Assembly: GCA_033762915.1 (NCBI GenBank)
Contig: JANRLD010000006.1
Span: forward strand, 1 to 64,000
DNA from: Meiothermus sp.
GTDB lineage: Bacteria > Deinococcota > Deinococci > Deinococcales > Thermaceae
Length of the DNA: 64,000 nt
Direction of reading: 5' to 3'
Numbering within the stretch: the stretch's first letter is position 1; the number at the start of each line of letters is the position of its first letter. A program made the translations under genes and the position numbers. Below the pieces are notes generated by a model. That model did not search any database. It was not told the origin of the DNA and worked only from the letters and a program-made list of their open reading frames with translations. This document shows, one piece after another, positions 40,630 through 52,159 of this stretch.

Positions 40630-41721
40630 ATGTGTGAACTAGGGCAGCGACTAAGAGAAGCACGGGAGGCCAAGGGGATCAGCTTGGCCGAGGCTGCCGA
40701 TCTGCTCAAGATGCGTAGGGTGCTGGTCGAGGCCCTCGAGGAATGCCGCTTCGAGCTGCTGCCCGAGCAGCCCCTGGCGCGGGGCTACATCCGCCGCTAC
40801 GCCAAGGTGCTGGGCCTCGAGGCCGATTCCCTGCTGGCCCTCTATCCCGGCACCGCCACCGAGATCCGCAACCGCCCACTGCTGCCGCGTAACCCCACCC
40901 TGACCGGCAGTCCCACCCAAGCGGGCGGTACCCCCAAGTTCACCCCGGCTCCCACCTCCCGGCCCAACCCGACCCTCGCCCCCAGCCCGGTCCATAGCGC
41001 GGCGGCCAGACCGGCGCAGCGCGGGAGCTTGGTCTGGCTGTGGGCTATACCGCTGGGTCTGCTGCTGGGGATGGGCGGTTGGTGGTATCTCGCGCGCACC
41101 GGCGCCCCCGCGCCCGCCCCGGCGGCGGTGCAGCAGCCCGCCCCCGCAGCAGTGACGCCGCCCGCCCCGCGCCAAGTGGCGCTGCGAATCTCCACCCAGC
41201 CCGCCGGGGCCAGGGTCTTCCTGGACGGCTTCCTGCTTGGCCAGGCTCCGCTCGAGGCCCGCATCGAGGAGGGCGAGCGCACCCTGCGCGTCGAGGCCCA
41301 GGGCTTTCAGAGCTACGAGCGGGTTCTCACCCTGGATACTGACCGCAACCTCAGTGTGGCCCTCAAGCGCACCCCCACCGCCCCCGCCACACCGGGAACC
41401 CCCGCCGCCAACCCCAGCACGACCCCAAGCCCCGCCAACCCGGCCAACCCGGCCAACCCGGCCCAGCCCGCCCAGCAGCCCACCCAGGGCGGGGCCATCA
41501 CCATCCGCATGGACGGGCGAAGTTGGATCCGGGTGGTCAACCCCGTCACCGGCCAGGAGCTTTACGAGGGCATCCCCGCCCAGGGGGCCCAGCTCAACTA
41601 CCCCAGCCCAGTGCTGGTGCGGGCGGGCAATGCGGGCGCAGTGCGGGTCATCGTGGCCGGGCAAGATCGGGGGCTGATGGGGCGCGAGGGGCAGGTGCTC
41701 TCGCAGCGCTACGGGCAGTAA
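40630..41721 (+). CDS. rodZ: RodZ-like protein (HTH, TM, PEGA, DUF4115)
   Basis: LGQRLREAREAKGISL, RGYIRRYAKVLGL, TM, STQPAGARVFLDG PEGA, RAGNAGAV. Confidence 0.8.
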   Translation: MCELGQRLREAREAKGISLAEAADLLKMRRVLVEALEECRFELLPEQPLARGYIRRYAKVLGLEADSLLALYPGTATEIRNRPLLPRNPTLTGSPTQAGGTPKFTPAPTSRPNPTLAPSPVHSAAARPAQRGSLVWLWAIPLGLLLGMGGWWYLARTGAPAPAPAAVQQPAPAAVTPPAPRQVALRISTQPAGARVFLDGFLLGQAPLEARIEEGERTLRVEAQGFQSYERVLTLDTDRNLSVALKRTPTAPATPGTPAANPSTTPSPANPANPANPAQPAQQPTQGGAITIRMDGRSWIRVVNPVTGQELYEGIPAQGAQLNYPSPVLVRAGNAGAVRVIVAGQDRGLMGREGQVLSQRYGQ

Positions 41722-41917
41722 ACCGCCGGCCGATAACGGGTTTTTCACCGTCCCGCCCGCGTCATACGACGCGCGCGGTTTTTTGCAGGGCGGCCATTTG
41801 TGCAATCAAGCACCTCAAACGGCGGGTTTGCGGGTAGACTAGGTCTAGTGCGCCACGGTGGTGCAAATGTTGCGATCAAAACCTCTAGGTTTTGGGTCGC
41901 TAGAGGTAGTTGTTACT

Positions 41918-42523
41918 ATGCGTTATTCGGTCGGTTCGCGTCGTCGCAAATCCAAACGGCCCGCCCCGCGCCCCAGCGGGCCGTCAAAGCCCATTCAGAC
42001 CCACGAGCTGCGGCACCGCGAGGTCGAGCAGGCCGCCGCGCTGCCCGCCGGGCGCCGCCGGGTCACCTCGGCAGGGGGTGTGGTGCTGCGGGAGGCGGGG
42101 GATAGACTCGAGGTGCTCCTGATCGCCATTAAGGAGGGCCGGGTCTGGAGCCTACCCAAGGGCCAGGTCGAGGCCGGGGAGCGCTACCCCCAGACGGCCT
42201 TGCGCGAGGTGCGCGAGGAGACCGGTATCGTGGCCGAAATCCTGGCCCCCATCGGCTGCATCCGCTACCACTTCACGGTCAAAGACGATGGCGTGCAGAC
42301 CACCATCACCAAGGAAGTCCACCACTTCCTGATGGGTTACGTGGAGGGCGAGTGCCGCCCGCAGAAGGAAGAAGTGGACGGCGTGGACTGGGTTCCGGTC
42401 TCCGAGGCCTTGCGCCGCCTCTCCCACCAGAACGAGCGCGACACCGTGCTCAAGGCCCTGGCCCGCTGGGAGATGAGCAGCGACCTCTTCGGCAACACCC
42501 CGGAGCGGGTGCTCGAGCCCTAA
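41918..42523 (+). CDS. NUDIX hydrolase (start uncertain, 41858 or 41918)
   Basis: SAGGVV, WSLPKG, Nudix box GQVEAGERYPQTALREVREETGI. Confidence 0.88.
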   Translation: MRYSVGSRRRKSKRPAPRPSGPSKPIQTHELRHREVEQAAALPAGRRRVTSAGGVVLREAGDRLEVLLIAIKEGRVWSLPKGQVEAGERYPQTALREVREETGIVAEILAPIGCIRYHFTVKDDGVQTTITKEVHHFLMGYVEGECRPQKEEVDGVDWVPVSEALRRLSHQNERDTVLKALARWEMSSDLFGNTPERVLEP

Positions 42524-42617
42524 GACAGAGGACTCGAGGGCCGAGAGCTGAGGGCGAAGGCCCACAACGCCCCCAGGGAGCATCTCAACGGGGACACTTA
42601 CAAGGCTGGGCACGTCA

Positions 42618-42706
42618 GAGCCGCTCCCAGGAATACTCGGTACGGCGGTGTTGGCCGTGCCCAGATTACGGCATTCTGCTCTTCACCGCATGGGTGAGAA
42701 GCGCGA
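42618..42706 (-). mobile_element. MITE family B copy B5 (degenerate)
   Basis: TCA|GAGCCGCTCCCAGGAATACTCGGTACGGCGG...GAGAAGCGCGA|TCA; aligns to B6. Confidence 0.6.
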
Positions 42707-42789
42707 TCAGGCTGCCCCGAACAGCAGCAGTGAGCCATACGACACCCCACAACTGGGGGTCGCCGCGGCCGTTTATCCCCGTTTCCCGC

Positions 42790-42942
42790 TCACTCCTCCG
42801 GCGGTTCTTGCTTGTTCCTGCCCCGCTTCCACTCGTCCCAGAACGGCGCGGTGAACAGCAGCGTGATGACCAGCATCACCAGCCCCATCACACCCGCCAA
42901 AACCCACTCCCAGCCCGACACCGAGGATAAAGACCCGTCCAT
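42790..42942 (-). CDS. Small single-TM protein (50 aa), not in ORF track
   Basis: MDGSLSSVSGWEWVLAGVMGLVMLVITLLFTAPFWDEWKRGRNKQEPPEE; GC3-rich codons; TACAAT upstream. Confidence 0.6.
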   Translation of the reverse strand: MDGSLSSVSGWEWVLAGVMGLVMLVITLLFTAPFWDEWKRGRNKQEPPEE

Positions 42943-43092
42943 AACGTCAAAGCCATTGTAGGCGATTGCGGGCGCTCGAGGCTCACGGCCTTTTGGGGCC
43001 GGTGGTTGTTGCCTGCCCTCCTGCCCCGCTCGATCCCAGCGCAGTGTCCCAACTAACGTTCATCAGACCACACTCAGGCTAAACTCGGTGGC

Positions 43093-43734
43093 ATGAGAGA
43101 GCGCATGATCCCCCTGACCACCCCCGAGGAGGCCGACCGTTTCATCGAGGCCAACCCCACCGCCGCCGTCTTTAAGGCGGGCACCTGCCACAAGACCATG
43201 CAGGGCTGGGGCAACGTCGAGCGGATGCTCGAGGTGCGGCCCGAGATTCCGGTGGGGATCATCAAGGTGGTGGAGAACCGCCCCGCCTCCAACCGGGTAG
43301 CCGAGCGCACCGGCATCGTCCACCACTCGCCCCAGGTCATCCTGTTCCGCCAGGGCCAGCCGCTGTTCGAGCTGAACAACTGGGACATCACCCCGGAAAA
43401 CCTGGGGCCCCTCTTCTCCGAGCACCTGGCCGATGTGAGGGTACAGGAACCGGCCAGCGGCAAGACCTCCAACCTCGAGGGCTACAAGCGCCTGATGGAC
43501 GCCTACCTGGGCGGCGCGGTGAGCGAGCCGCAGTTCATGTTCACCTACCTCAACATGTTCCGCGCCGACGCCGACCTGCGCTCGCAGGAGGAGTTCGCCC
43601 TGATCGACTCCCTCTTTGGCAACCCCGACGCCCAGCACATCCACCCCATGAGCATCATGCAGGCCGACCAGGGCAACCCCACCCCCCTGCGCGAGCGGGT
43701 CGAGGCACTGCGGGCGAAGATGGAGGCGTTTTAG
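43093..43734 (+). CDS. BrxC/YtxJ-family monothiol bacilliredoxin with C-terminal helical extension
   Basis: [34 protein letters not shown]. Confidence 0.8.
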   Translation: MRERMIPLTTPEEADRFIEANPTAAVFKAGTCHKTMQGWGNVERMLEVRPEIPVGIIKVVENRPASNRVAERTGIVHHSPQVILFRQGQPLFELNNWDITPENLGPLFSEHLADVRVQEPASGKTSNLEGYKRLMDAYLGGAVSEPQFMFTYLNMFRADADLRSQEEFALIDSLFGNPDAQHIHPMSIMQADQGNPTPLRERVEALRAKMEAF

Positions 43735-43812
43735 GGCCCTGAATAGCATTAATGGCCCCCGGTTCTTCGCGGCGGTTGGGGATTGCACCCGGCTGTGGGT
43801 AAGATTGTGCCG

Positions 43813-44988
43813 ATGCCCGCCGCCGTCCGCGTCTTCGTGGTCCTGCTGTTCGCCTACTTCCTTTCCTACTTCTACCGCGCCGTCAACGCGGTGATCTCGC
43901 CGGACATCGCCTCCGACCTCTCGCTCTCGCCCGCCCAACTGGGCCTGATGACCAGCCTCTACCCGCTGGCCTTCGCGCTGACCCAGTTGCCGCTGGGTGG
44001 CTTCCTGGATCGCTACGGGCCGCGCTTCGTACACCCCGTGCTGCTGTGCGTTGGAGCGCTGGGGGCTTTCGTGTTTGCCCAGGCCCAGAGCTTCGAGGCC
44101 CTCTCGCTGGGGCGCTTTCTGATCGGGGCGGGGATGGCGGCGGCTTTGATGGGGGCGCTCAAGGCGTTCTCGCTGTGGTTCCCGCCGGAACGCTTCGCAA
44201 GCGTCAGCAGCCTCTACGTGGCTTTGGGCGGGTTAGGGCCAATCGCGGCGGCGACCCCCCTGGTCTGGGTCAAGGAAGAGATCGGCTGGCGGGGTGTGTT
44301 CGAGTACGGGGCGGCGGCGGTGGTGCTGGCAGCCGTGCTGGTGGCGACACTGGTGCGCAACGCGCCGCCGGGGGTGGCGCTGCCCCAGGCCGCGCAGGGC
44401 GGGAGCTTCGCGCAGATCTGGGGGAACCTCAGCTTCTGGCGCATCGGCCTGCTCAACTTCATGATGAACGGGGGCTTTTTGGCCTGGCAGACCCTGTGGG
44501 GTGGAGCGTACCTGTACGGCAAGGGGTGGGGGGCGCTCGAGGTGGGCAACGCCCTTTTCCTGCTCTCGCTGGCAGCGGTGGCGGGCTTCTTCGTCTGCGG
44601 GCTGTTGGCCGACCGCTTCGGGCTGGGGCGGGTCTTTCTGAGCGCCAGCGGTCTGGTCACCTCGGCGGTACTGGCCCTCTTCCTGTGGCCCGCCATGCCC
44701 GACGCCCTGACCACCCTTTGCTTCGCGCTGATCGGCTTCGGGGGGGCTTTCAACATCCTCAGCCTGGCCCAGGCCCGGCTGATCTTCCCCATCGCCCTGA
44801 CCGGGCGCGTAACCACCGGCATTAACTTTCTTGGCTTCGGGGGGTTCTTCCTGCTGCAGTGGGGGATGGGGGTGGGGGTGGAGCAGCTGGGCTACGGGGC
44901 GGTGCTGCTGGTCTGGGCGGCGCTGCTGGCCCTAGCCATCGGGTTTTATCTGCCCTTAATGCGCCCCAAACCCGCAGGGGCAGGTTGA
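43813..44988 (+). CDS. MFS transporter
   Basis: GGFLDRYGPR motif A, GLLADRFG, ~12 TMs. Confidence 0.9.
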   Translation: MPAAVRVFVVLLFAYFLSYFYRAVNAVISPDIASDLSLSPAQLGLMTSLYPLAFALTQLPLGGFLDRYGPRFVHPVLLCVGALGAFVFAQAQSFEALSLGRFLIGAGMAAALMGALKAFSLWFPPERFASVSSLYVALGGLGPIAAATPLVWVKEEIGWRGVFEYGAAAVVLAAVLVATLVRNAPPGVALPQAAQGGSFAQIWGNLSFWRIGLLNFMMNGGFLAWQTLWGGAYLYGKGWGALEVGNALFLLSLAAVAGFFVCGLLADRFGLGRVFLSASGLVTSAVLALFLWPAMPDALTTLCFALIGFGGAFNILSLAQARLIFPIALTGRVTTGINFLGFGGFFLLQWGMGVGVEQLGYGAVLLVWAALLALAIGFYLPLMRPKPAGAG

Positions 44989-45044
44989 AGAAATTTAAGG
45001 GACTGCTCACATCCGCTGCAAACCCCGCGTCTATGCTGTGGGGC

Positions 45045-47858
45045 ATGAAGCGGCTCTCGCTGTTGTTCTTGTTGGGGCTGGCCGCGGCCTGCACCCAGCC
45101 CGCCCCGCCCAGCGTCAGCGTCCAGATCGTCCAGCCCGGCCCGCTTAACCTGACCGTCGGGCAGAGCCGGACCCTCAGCGCTACCGTGAGCAACACCTCC
45201 AACACCGCGGTCACTTGGAGCAGCAGCAGCCCGAGCGTGGCCAGCGTGGAACCGGGTACCGGAGCGGTGCTGGCCGTCACCGCCGGGCAGACCACCGTCA
45301 CCGCCCGCAGCGTGGCCGACACCACCAAGAGCGCTTCTATAACCGTCAACGTGACCGCCCCGCCGGTCGCCGTGCAGATCACCACCCCCAGCCCGCTGGC
45401 CCTGACCGTCGGGCAAACCCAGAACCTCAGCGCCACCGTGAGCAACACCCTCAACACCGCCGTGACCTGGAGCAGTTCCAACCCCGCCGTGCTGAGCGTC
45501 AACTCGAGCGGCAGGATACAGGCCCTTACGGCAGGCTCGAGCACCATCACCGCCCGCAGCGAGGCCGACACCACCAAGAGCGCCGCCTTGACCGTGAATG
45601 TGACCACCCCCGGCCCCAACGCGGGCATCTCGGTCAGCCTGAGTCCCAACACCCCGTTCACCCTCACCCAGCTCGGCGAGACCAGACAAGTGACCGCTAC
45701 GGTAGCCGGAACAACCAACCAGGGCATCCTCTGGCGCATCACCACCTCGAGCGGCCAGACCGCCACCCTGGACACCGCCGACGTGGCCTGGGTGAGCCAG
45801 AGCGGCCTGGTCACCGCCGTCGGGCAGGCGGGCACCGTGACCGTCACTGCCGTTAGCGTGGCCGACCCCAGCAAGACCGCCACCGTAAACGTCACCCTCA
45901 GTCCCGCTGTCAACGCCCAGACCATCTCCGGCACCATCAGTGTGCCGCCGATTAACACCCAGGGTTTGAGCCTTCAGAGCGCGCAGCGGCTCGAGGGCGA
46001 CTACGTGCCCGGCGAGGTGATCGTCCGGTTCCGCCCTTCGGTCTCGCTCCAGTCGGTGCAGGGGCTCTCTGTCAACGGGGTGAGCCTGCAGCAGGTGCGC
46101 GCACTCGGTGACACCGAGACCTTCCTCTTCCGCGCCCAGGTCGGCGACACCTCGAGCCTCATTCAGGGCCTCAACAGCCGCCCCGACGTGCTGTGGGCCG
46201 AGCCCAACTACCGGGTCTACGCCCAGCTCACCCCCAACGACCCCAGCTTTAGCGACCAGTGGGGCCTGACCCAGATTCGTCTGCCCCAGGCCTGGGACAC
46301 CACCCAAGGCAGCGCGGGGGTGCGGATCGCAGTGATTGACAGCGGTGTGGTCTCCGGCCACCCCGACCTCCAGGGCAAGCTGCTGAGCGGCTACGACTTC
46401 ATCTCCGACCCCCAGTCCTCCGACGACGGCGACGGGCGCGACACCAACCCCGAAGACCCCAACTCCAGCGCCAACTGGCACGGCACCCACGTGGCCGGAA
46501 TCGCCGCCGCCGCTACCAACAACGGCGTGGGCGTGGCGGGGGCGGGCTTCAACAGCCGGATCGTGCCGATTCGCGCCCTGAGCGGCAGCGGCGGCACCAC
46601 CGCCGACGTGCTCGACGCCATCCGCTGGGCGTCGGGCGCGACGGTGGCGGGGGTTCCGGCCAACGCCAACCCCGCGCAGGTCATCAACCTATCGCTGGGC
46701 GGGCAGTTCCGCTGTTCCAACGCCTATCAGGAGGCCCTCAACGACGCGCTGGGCCGGGGCAGCATCATCGTGGTGGCGGCGGGCAATTCCAACGTGGACG
46801 CCAGCCTCTTCACCCCGGCCAGCTGCGCCGGCGTGATCACGGTGGGGGCGGTCAACCGCGGCGGCAACAAGGCCAGCTACTCCAACTTCGGCTCGAGGGT
46901 TGACCTCGCGGCCCCGGGCGGCGAGCCCGCCGACGGCATCCTCAGCACGGTGGGGGGCGGCAGCCTCTACGAGCGCAGGGCCGGAACCTCGATGGCCGCC
47001 CCGCACGTCAGCGGCCTGATAGCCCTGATGAAGGCCCGCAAAGACAGCCTGAGCGCGGTGGAGGCGCTCTCGCTGCTTCGGTCCACCGGGGCTGCGGCGA
47101 GCGGCGTGGGCGTTCTGGTGAACGCCGAGGCCGCGATCACCCGGCCTGAGCTAGCCCCGGCGCCGCCCCCGCCGCCCCCCACCCTGAGCATCGGGGCGGC
47201 CCCGGCTCGAGTCTCGCTTCGACCCGACCAAAGCACCAGCGTGACCGTCAACCTGACCAGGGGCAACTTCACCGGCAGTGTCAGCATCAGCGTCTCAGGC
47301 CTGCCCTCGGGCGTGACTGGCAGCTTCAGCCCCGCTTCGACCACCGGCAACAGCAGCACCCTGACCCTCACCGCGGGCGGCACGGTTCCCACCGCCACCA
47401 GCACCCTCACCATCACCGCCTCGGGCGGCCCCGCCGACGGCACCCCCGACACCGCCACCGTCCAACTCGACACCGAGCAGCCCACCGCGCTGCCCCCGCC
47501 CGCCCAGGTCAACCTCCAGGGCACCGTGGTCTACCCCTGCGTGGTGATCGAAGACCGCTGCATCTTCGTGGACACCAACCCCAGCCAGAGCACCTTCACC
47601 GTGACCAGCCCCGTCACCAGCGCCAATTACTCCTTCCGGCCGGTGTACCAGGGCAGCTACGTGGTCTACGCCCTCAAAGACGTGAACGGGGACGGTAAGG
47701 CCAACCCCGGCGACTTCAACGCCATCTACAGCGTCAACAATGTCGTGACCCCGGTGGCCCCCGGAGCCACCAACATCAACCTGACCCTCGGCCCCATAGT
47801 CCAGCGGCAGGAGGTTGGCGGTAGCGGCCTGACGCCGCAGAGGGTTTTTGCGCGGTAG
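45045..47858 (+). CDS. S8 subtilase lipoprotein with Ig-like (Big_2) repeats
   Basis: LAAAC lipobox; VTWSSS repeats; IAVIDSG, HGTHVAG, AAGN, GTSMAAPHV triad. Confidence 0.92.
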   Translation: MKRLSLLFLLGLAAACTQPAPPSVSVQIVQPGPLNLTVGQSRTLSATVSNTSNTAVTWSSSSPSVASVEPGTGAVLAVTAGQTTVTARSVADTTKSASITVNVTAPPVAVQITTPSPLALTVGQTQNLSATVSNTLNTAVTWSSSNPAVLSVNSSGRIQALTAGSSTITARSEADTTKSAALTVNVTTPGPNAGISVSLSPNTPFTLTQLGETRQVTATVAGTTNQGILWRITTSSGQTATLDTADVAWVSQSGLVTAVGQAGTVTVTAVSVADPSKTATVNVTLSPAVNAQTISGTISVPPINTQGLSLQSAQRLEGDYVPGEVIVRFRPSVSLQSVQGLSVNGVSLQQVRALGDTETFLFRAQVGDTSSLIQGLNSRPDVLWAEPNYRVYAQLTPNDPSFSDQWGLTQIRLPQAWDTTQGSAGVRIAVIDSGVVSGHPDLQGKLLSGYDFISDPQSSDDGDGRDTNPEDPNSSANWHGTHVAGIAAAATNNGVGVAGAGFNSRIVPIRALSGSGGTTADVLDAIRWASGATVAGVPANANPAQVINLSLGGQFRCSNAYQEALNDALGRGSIIVVAAGNSNVDASLFTPASCAGVITVGAVNRGGNKASYSNFGSRVDLAAPGGEPADGILSTVGGGSLYERRAGTSMAAPHVSGLIALMKARKDSLSAVEALSLLRSTGAAASGVGVLVNAEAAITRPELAPAPPPPPPTLSIGAAPARVSLRPDQSTSVTVNLTRGNFTGSVSISVSGLPSGVTGSFSPASTTGNSSTLTLTAGGTVPTATSTLTITASGGPADGTPDTATVQLDTEQPTALPPPAQVNLQGTVVYPCVVIEDRCIFVDTNPSQSTFTVTSPVTSANYSFRPVYQGSYVVYALKDVNGDGKANPGDFNAIYSVNNVVTPVAPGATNINLTLGPIVQRQEVGGSGLTPQRVFAR

Positions 47859-47880
47859 GCGTTAGGTGTTCACCCCCCAG

Positions 47881-47928
47881 CCCCCTCTCTCGAGGTACTA
47901 TTCACCTCGAGAGAGGGGGAGGTTTTTT
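47881..47928 (+). terminator. Intrinsic terminator after the S8 protease
   Basis: 15-bp stem CCCCCTCTCTCGAGG/CCTCGAGAGAGGGGG then T6. Confidence 0.75.
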
Positions 47929-47946
47929 GGGCGATTGTTGACCCTA

Positions 47947-48047
47947 GAGCGGTTCCCACGAATACTCGGTACGGCGGTTTTTGCCAGACCGAGTGCAATA
48001 CTCGGCTTTAGCGCGGCAGCGTGGTGGAGTATGGGTGGGAAACGCGA
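47947..48047 (-). mobile_element. MITE family B copy B6
   Basis: TA|GAGCGGTTCCCAC...GTGGGAAACGCGA|TA; reverse complement aligns to B2. Confidence 0.75.
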
Positions 48048-48058
48048 TAGACGCTCGA

Positions 48059-48496
48059 CTATCGGTGGTACGGTTCCCGCCGCTTGATGGTTTCGACCCG
48101 GTAGAGCTGCTCCAAGAGCACCACCAGCGCCAGCTCGTGTTGCAAGGTCAGTTTCGAGAGGGCAAAGGTCCAGACCGCCGCCTCGCGCACCGCCTCGGCG
48201 TGGCCGTCGGCCCCGCCGATCAGGAAGGCCACGCCCTTCTCGCCGTGGCTCTCCCACAGCTCGAGCTTGTTCTTCAACACCACCGTGTCCACCTGCTGCC
48301 CGCGCTCGTCGAGCACCACGCGCAAGTAGCCCTGGCTGGCCTCCAACAACCGCTCGCCCTCCTTCTCGCGGCGGCCCTCGCGCACCGTGACCAGGTCGAA
48401 CTTGGTGTAGCGCAGGATCCGCTCGGCGTAGTCCTCCACGCCCTCACGCGCATAGAGCAGTTTAGGTTTTCCTACGACGCATACGCGGAGTTTCAT
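48059..48496 (-). CDS. rlmH: 23S rRNA m3Psi1915 methyltransferase
   Basis: VVGK, LDERG, FLIGGADG, LSKLTLQHEL, EQLYR, PYHR. Confidence 0.93.
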   Translation of the reverse strand: MKLRVCVVGKPKLLYAREGVEDYAERILRYTKFDLVTVREGRREKEGERLLEASQGYLRVVLDERGQQVDTVVLKNKLELWESHGEKGVAFLIGGADGHAEAVREAAVWTFALSKLTLQHELALVVLLEQLYRVETIKRREPYHR

Positions 48497-48586
48497 AAGC
48501 GGGGGGCGGCCAGAGCGCCAGCCCAGTCCGCGCAATATACCTCGAGGGCCGGTGGTCTTGATGACCCGTGCTAGGCTGTTGAGGCC

Positions 48587-49738
48587 ATGAAAGCTCAGAC
48601 CCTACCCTGCCAGAAGGGGCTGTTCTCCATCCCCGACGACGTTCACTTCATCAATTGCGCCTATATGGGGCCGATCGCCCGAGCGGTAGAGGAGGCGGGC
48701 GTCGAGGCGCTACGGCTCAAGGGCTTCCCGGCCCGTATCAGCCCCGCCGACTTCTTCACCACCTCCGACGAGGCCCGCCGCCGCTTCGCCGGGCTCATCA
48801 ACGTGCCCGAACCCCACCGCATCGCCCTGGTACCCTCGACCGGCTTCGCGGTGGCGACCGTCGCGAAAAATCTGAAACCCAAGGCGGGACAGAACATCGT
48901 GGTGCTTTTTGAGCAATTCCCCTCCAACGTCTACGCCTGGCGCAACTTCCGTAAGCAGGGCGTTGAAATCCGCACCGTGGAGCCGCCCGCCTCGGGCGAG
49001 CGGGGCAAGGAGTGGAACACCCGACTCCTCGAGGCCATAGACCCCAATACCGCGCTGGTCACGGTGGAGAACGTCCACTGGTCGGACGGGACGAAGTTCG
49101 ACCTCGAGGCCGTCGGGCAGCGGGCCAGGGAGGTGGGGGCGATGTTCGTGGTGGACGGCATACAGTCCATCGGGGCGCTGCCCTTCGACCAGCAGCGGGT
49201 TAGGGCCGACGCGGTGATCTGCCTGGGCTACAAGTGGTTGCTGGCGGGCTACAGCTTCGGTTTTGCCTACTTCGGCGAGCGCTTCGACGTTGGGGAGCCC
49301 TTGGAGGAGAGCTGGATCGCCCGCAAGGGCAGCCAGGACTTCGCCCGCCTGGTGGACTACCAGGACGAGTACCAGCCGGGGGCGCTGCGCTACGACTTCG
49401 GCGAACGCAGCAACCAGGTCGCGCTGGCGATGGTGAACACCTCGCTCCGGATGCTGGCGGACTGGGGCGTCGAGAACATCCAGGCCTACTGCGCCGAGCT
49501 GACCAGGGAGTTCAACCAGGCCGTGCGCGAGCTGGGCTACACCCTCGAGGACGAGCGCTACCGCAGCGCCCACCTCTTCGGGATTCGCCCGCCCAAAGGA
49601 ACCGACCTCGAGGCCCTGCGCCAGCGGCTGGCCGAGCGCAAGGTGTACGTCTCGGTGCGCGGCAGCGCGGTGCGGATCGGGGCCCATGTCTACAACGACC
49701 ACCACGACATGGAGGCGCTACTGGACGCGCTGCGGTAA
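48587..49738 (+). CDS. Aminotransferase class V PLP enzyme
   Basis: FINCAYMGP, EQFPSN, VVDGIQSIG, GYKWL, VSVRG. Confidence 0.88.
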   Translation: MKAQTLPCQKGLFSIPDDVHFINCAYMGPIARAVEEAGVEALRLKGFPARISPADFFTTSDEARRRFAGLINVPEPHRIALVPSTGFAVATVAKNLKPKAGQNIVVLFEQFPSNVYAWRNFRKQGVEIRTVEPPASGERGKEWNTRLLEAIDPNTALVTVENVHWSDGTKFDLEAVGQRAREVGAMFVVDGIQSIGALPFDQQRVRADAVICLGYKWLLAGYSFGFAYFGERFDVGEPLEESWIARKGSQDFARLVDYQDEYQPGALRYDFGERSNQVALAMVNTSLRMLADWGVENIQAYCAELTREFNQAVRELGYTLEDERYRSAHLFGIRPPKGTDLEALRQRLAERKVYVSVRGSAVRIGAHVYNDHHDMEALLDALR

Positions 49739-49819
49739 GGCTCCCGGTTCCCCCGGCGGGCGCTATCGGCCTGGGGTGAGGGCTGTGCCCAAAACCCACA
49801 CATCCTCAGCCATACCCCC

Positions 49820-49937
49820 TATAATGAGACGTTCAACAGGTCGGGACGCTATGCCTGTAGCCGTGGTCGCTCCTACGCTTATCGGACGGCCCAAGACCTC
49901 ATCGCTCGGTATACCAAACGGTAGGCCGGGTTTTTTT
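49820..49937 (+). promoter_or_regulatory. Putative promoter and structured leader/attenuator of the BCKDH operon
   Basis: TATAAT at 49820, several short stems, then T7 at 49931-49937. Confidence 0.35.
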
Positions 49938-50029
49938 GTTTCCCCGCCCGACCTTTACCCAAGGAAGGGCGGTTAAGAAGGGCCTTTACCCAAGGCCCGA
50001 GCAGGTCTCGAGCACGACTCGCAGACTAA

Positions 50030-51148
<1,119 letters not shown>

Positions 51149-51176
51149 TGACGCCGCGACCCGCGACGGAGGTTGT

Positions 51177-52151
51177 ATGCCGACCATGACCATGATCCAG
51201 GCCATCACCACGGCCCTGGACGAAGAAATGAGCCGCGACGAGCGGGTGATGCTGCTGGGCGAGGATGTGGGCAGCCGGGGCGGGGTCTTTCTGGCCACCG
51301 AGGGCTTGCAGAAGAAGTACGGCAAGGACCGCGTGATGGACTCCCCGCTCTCGGAGGCCGCCGTGATCGGGGCGGCGGTGGGGCTGGCGGCGCATGGGAT
51401 GCGCCCGGTGGCCGAGATTCAGTTCGCCGACTACGTGTTTCCCGGCATTGACCAGCTTTTCTCGCAGGCCGCCAAGCTGCGCTACCGCTCGGGCGGACAG
51501 TATCACGCCCCGATGGTGGTGCGGATGCCGACGGGCGGCGGCGTGAAAGGAGGGCACCACCACTCCCAGAGCCCCGAGGCCCATTTTGCCCATACGGGCG
51601 GCCTCAAGGTGGTGGTGGTGTCCACCCCCACCGACACCAAGGGGCTGCTTAAGGCCGCCATCCGCGACGACGACCCGGTGGTGTTCATGGAGCCCAAGCG
51701 GCTCTACCGGGCGGTGAAAGAAGAGGTCAGCGGCGAGGACTTCACCATCCCCATCGGCAAGGCGGCGGTGCGGCAGCAGGGCAGCGACATCACCCTGGTT
51801 TCCTACGGCGGCCCCATGACCGAGACCCTCAAGGCCGCCGAGGAGATGGCGGGAGCGGGCGTTAGCGCCGAGGTGATCGACCTCCGCACGGTGATGCCCT
51901 GGGACAAGGAGGCGGTGCTGAGTTCTGTGGCCAAGACGGGCCGCCTGGTGATGGTTTCCGAGGCCCCGCGCATGGCCTCCATAGCCTCGGAAATCACCGC
52001 CACCGTGGCCGAGGAACTTTTCGACCAGATGTACGCCCCCCCCTTGAGGGTGACGGGCTTCGACACCCCCTACCCGCTGGCCCAGGACAAGCTCTATATG
52101 CCCACCGTCACGCGGATTCTCAACGCCGCCAAGCGGGCGCTGGACTACTAG
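51177..52151 (+). CDS. Branched-chain 2-oxoacid dehydrogenase E1 beta
   Basis: [34 protein letters not shown]. Confidence 0.92.
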   Translation: MPTMTMIQAITTALDEEMSRDERVMLLGEDVGSRGGVFLATEGLQKKYGKDRVMDSPLSEAAVIGAAVGLAAHGMRPVAEIQFADYVFPGIDQLFSQAAKLRYRSGGQYHAPMVVRMPTGGGVKGGHHHSQSPEAHFAHTGGLKVVVVSTPTDTKGLLKAAIRDDDPVVFMEPKRLYRAVKEEVSGEDFTIPIGKAAVRQQGSDITLVSYGGPMTETLKAAEEMAGAGVSAEVIDLRTVMPWDKEAVLSSVAKTGRLVMVSEAPRMASIASEITATVAEELFDQMYAPPLRVTGFDTPYPLAQDKLYMPTVTRILNAAKRALDY

Positions 52152-52159
52152 GAGACCGA

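Noticed and set aside
44822..46490. Long antisense ORFs (e.g. 44946-46490, 30581-31882, 54040-55356, 32422-33672)
   Set aside because: Shadow frames of high-GC3 genes; no motifs of their own.
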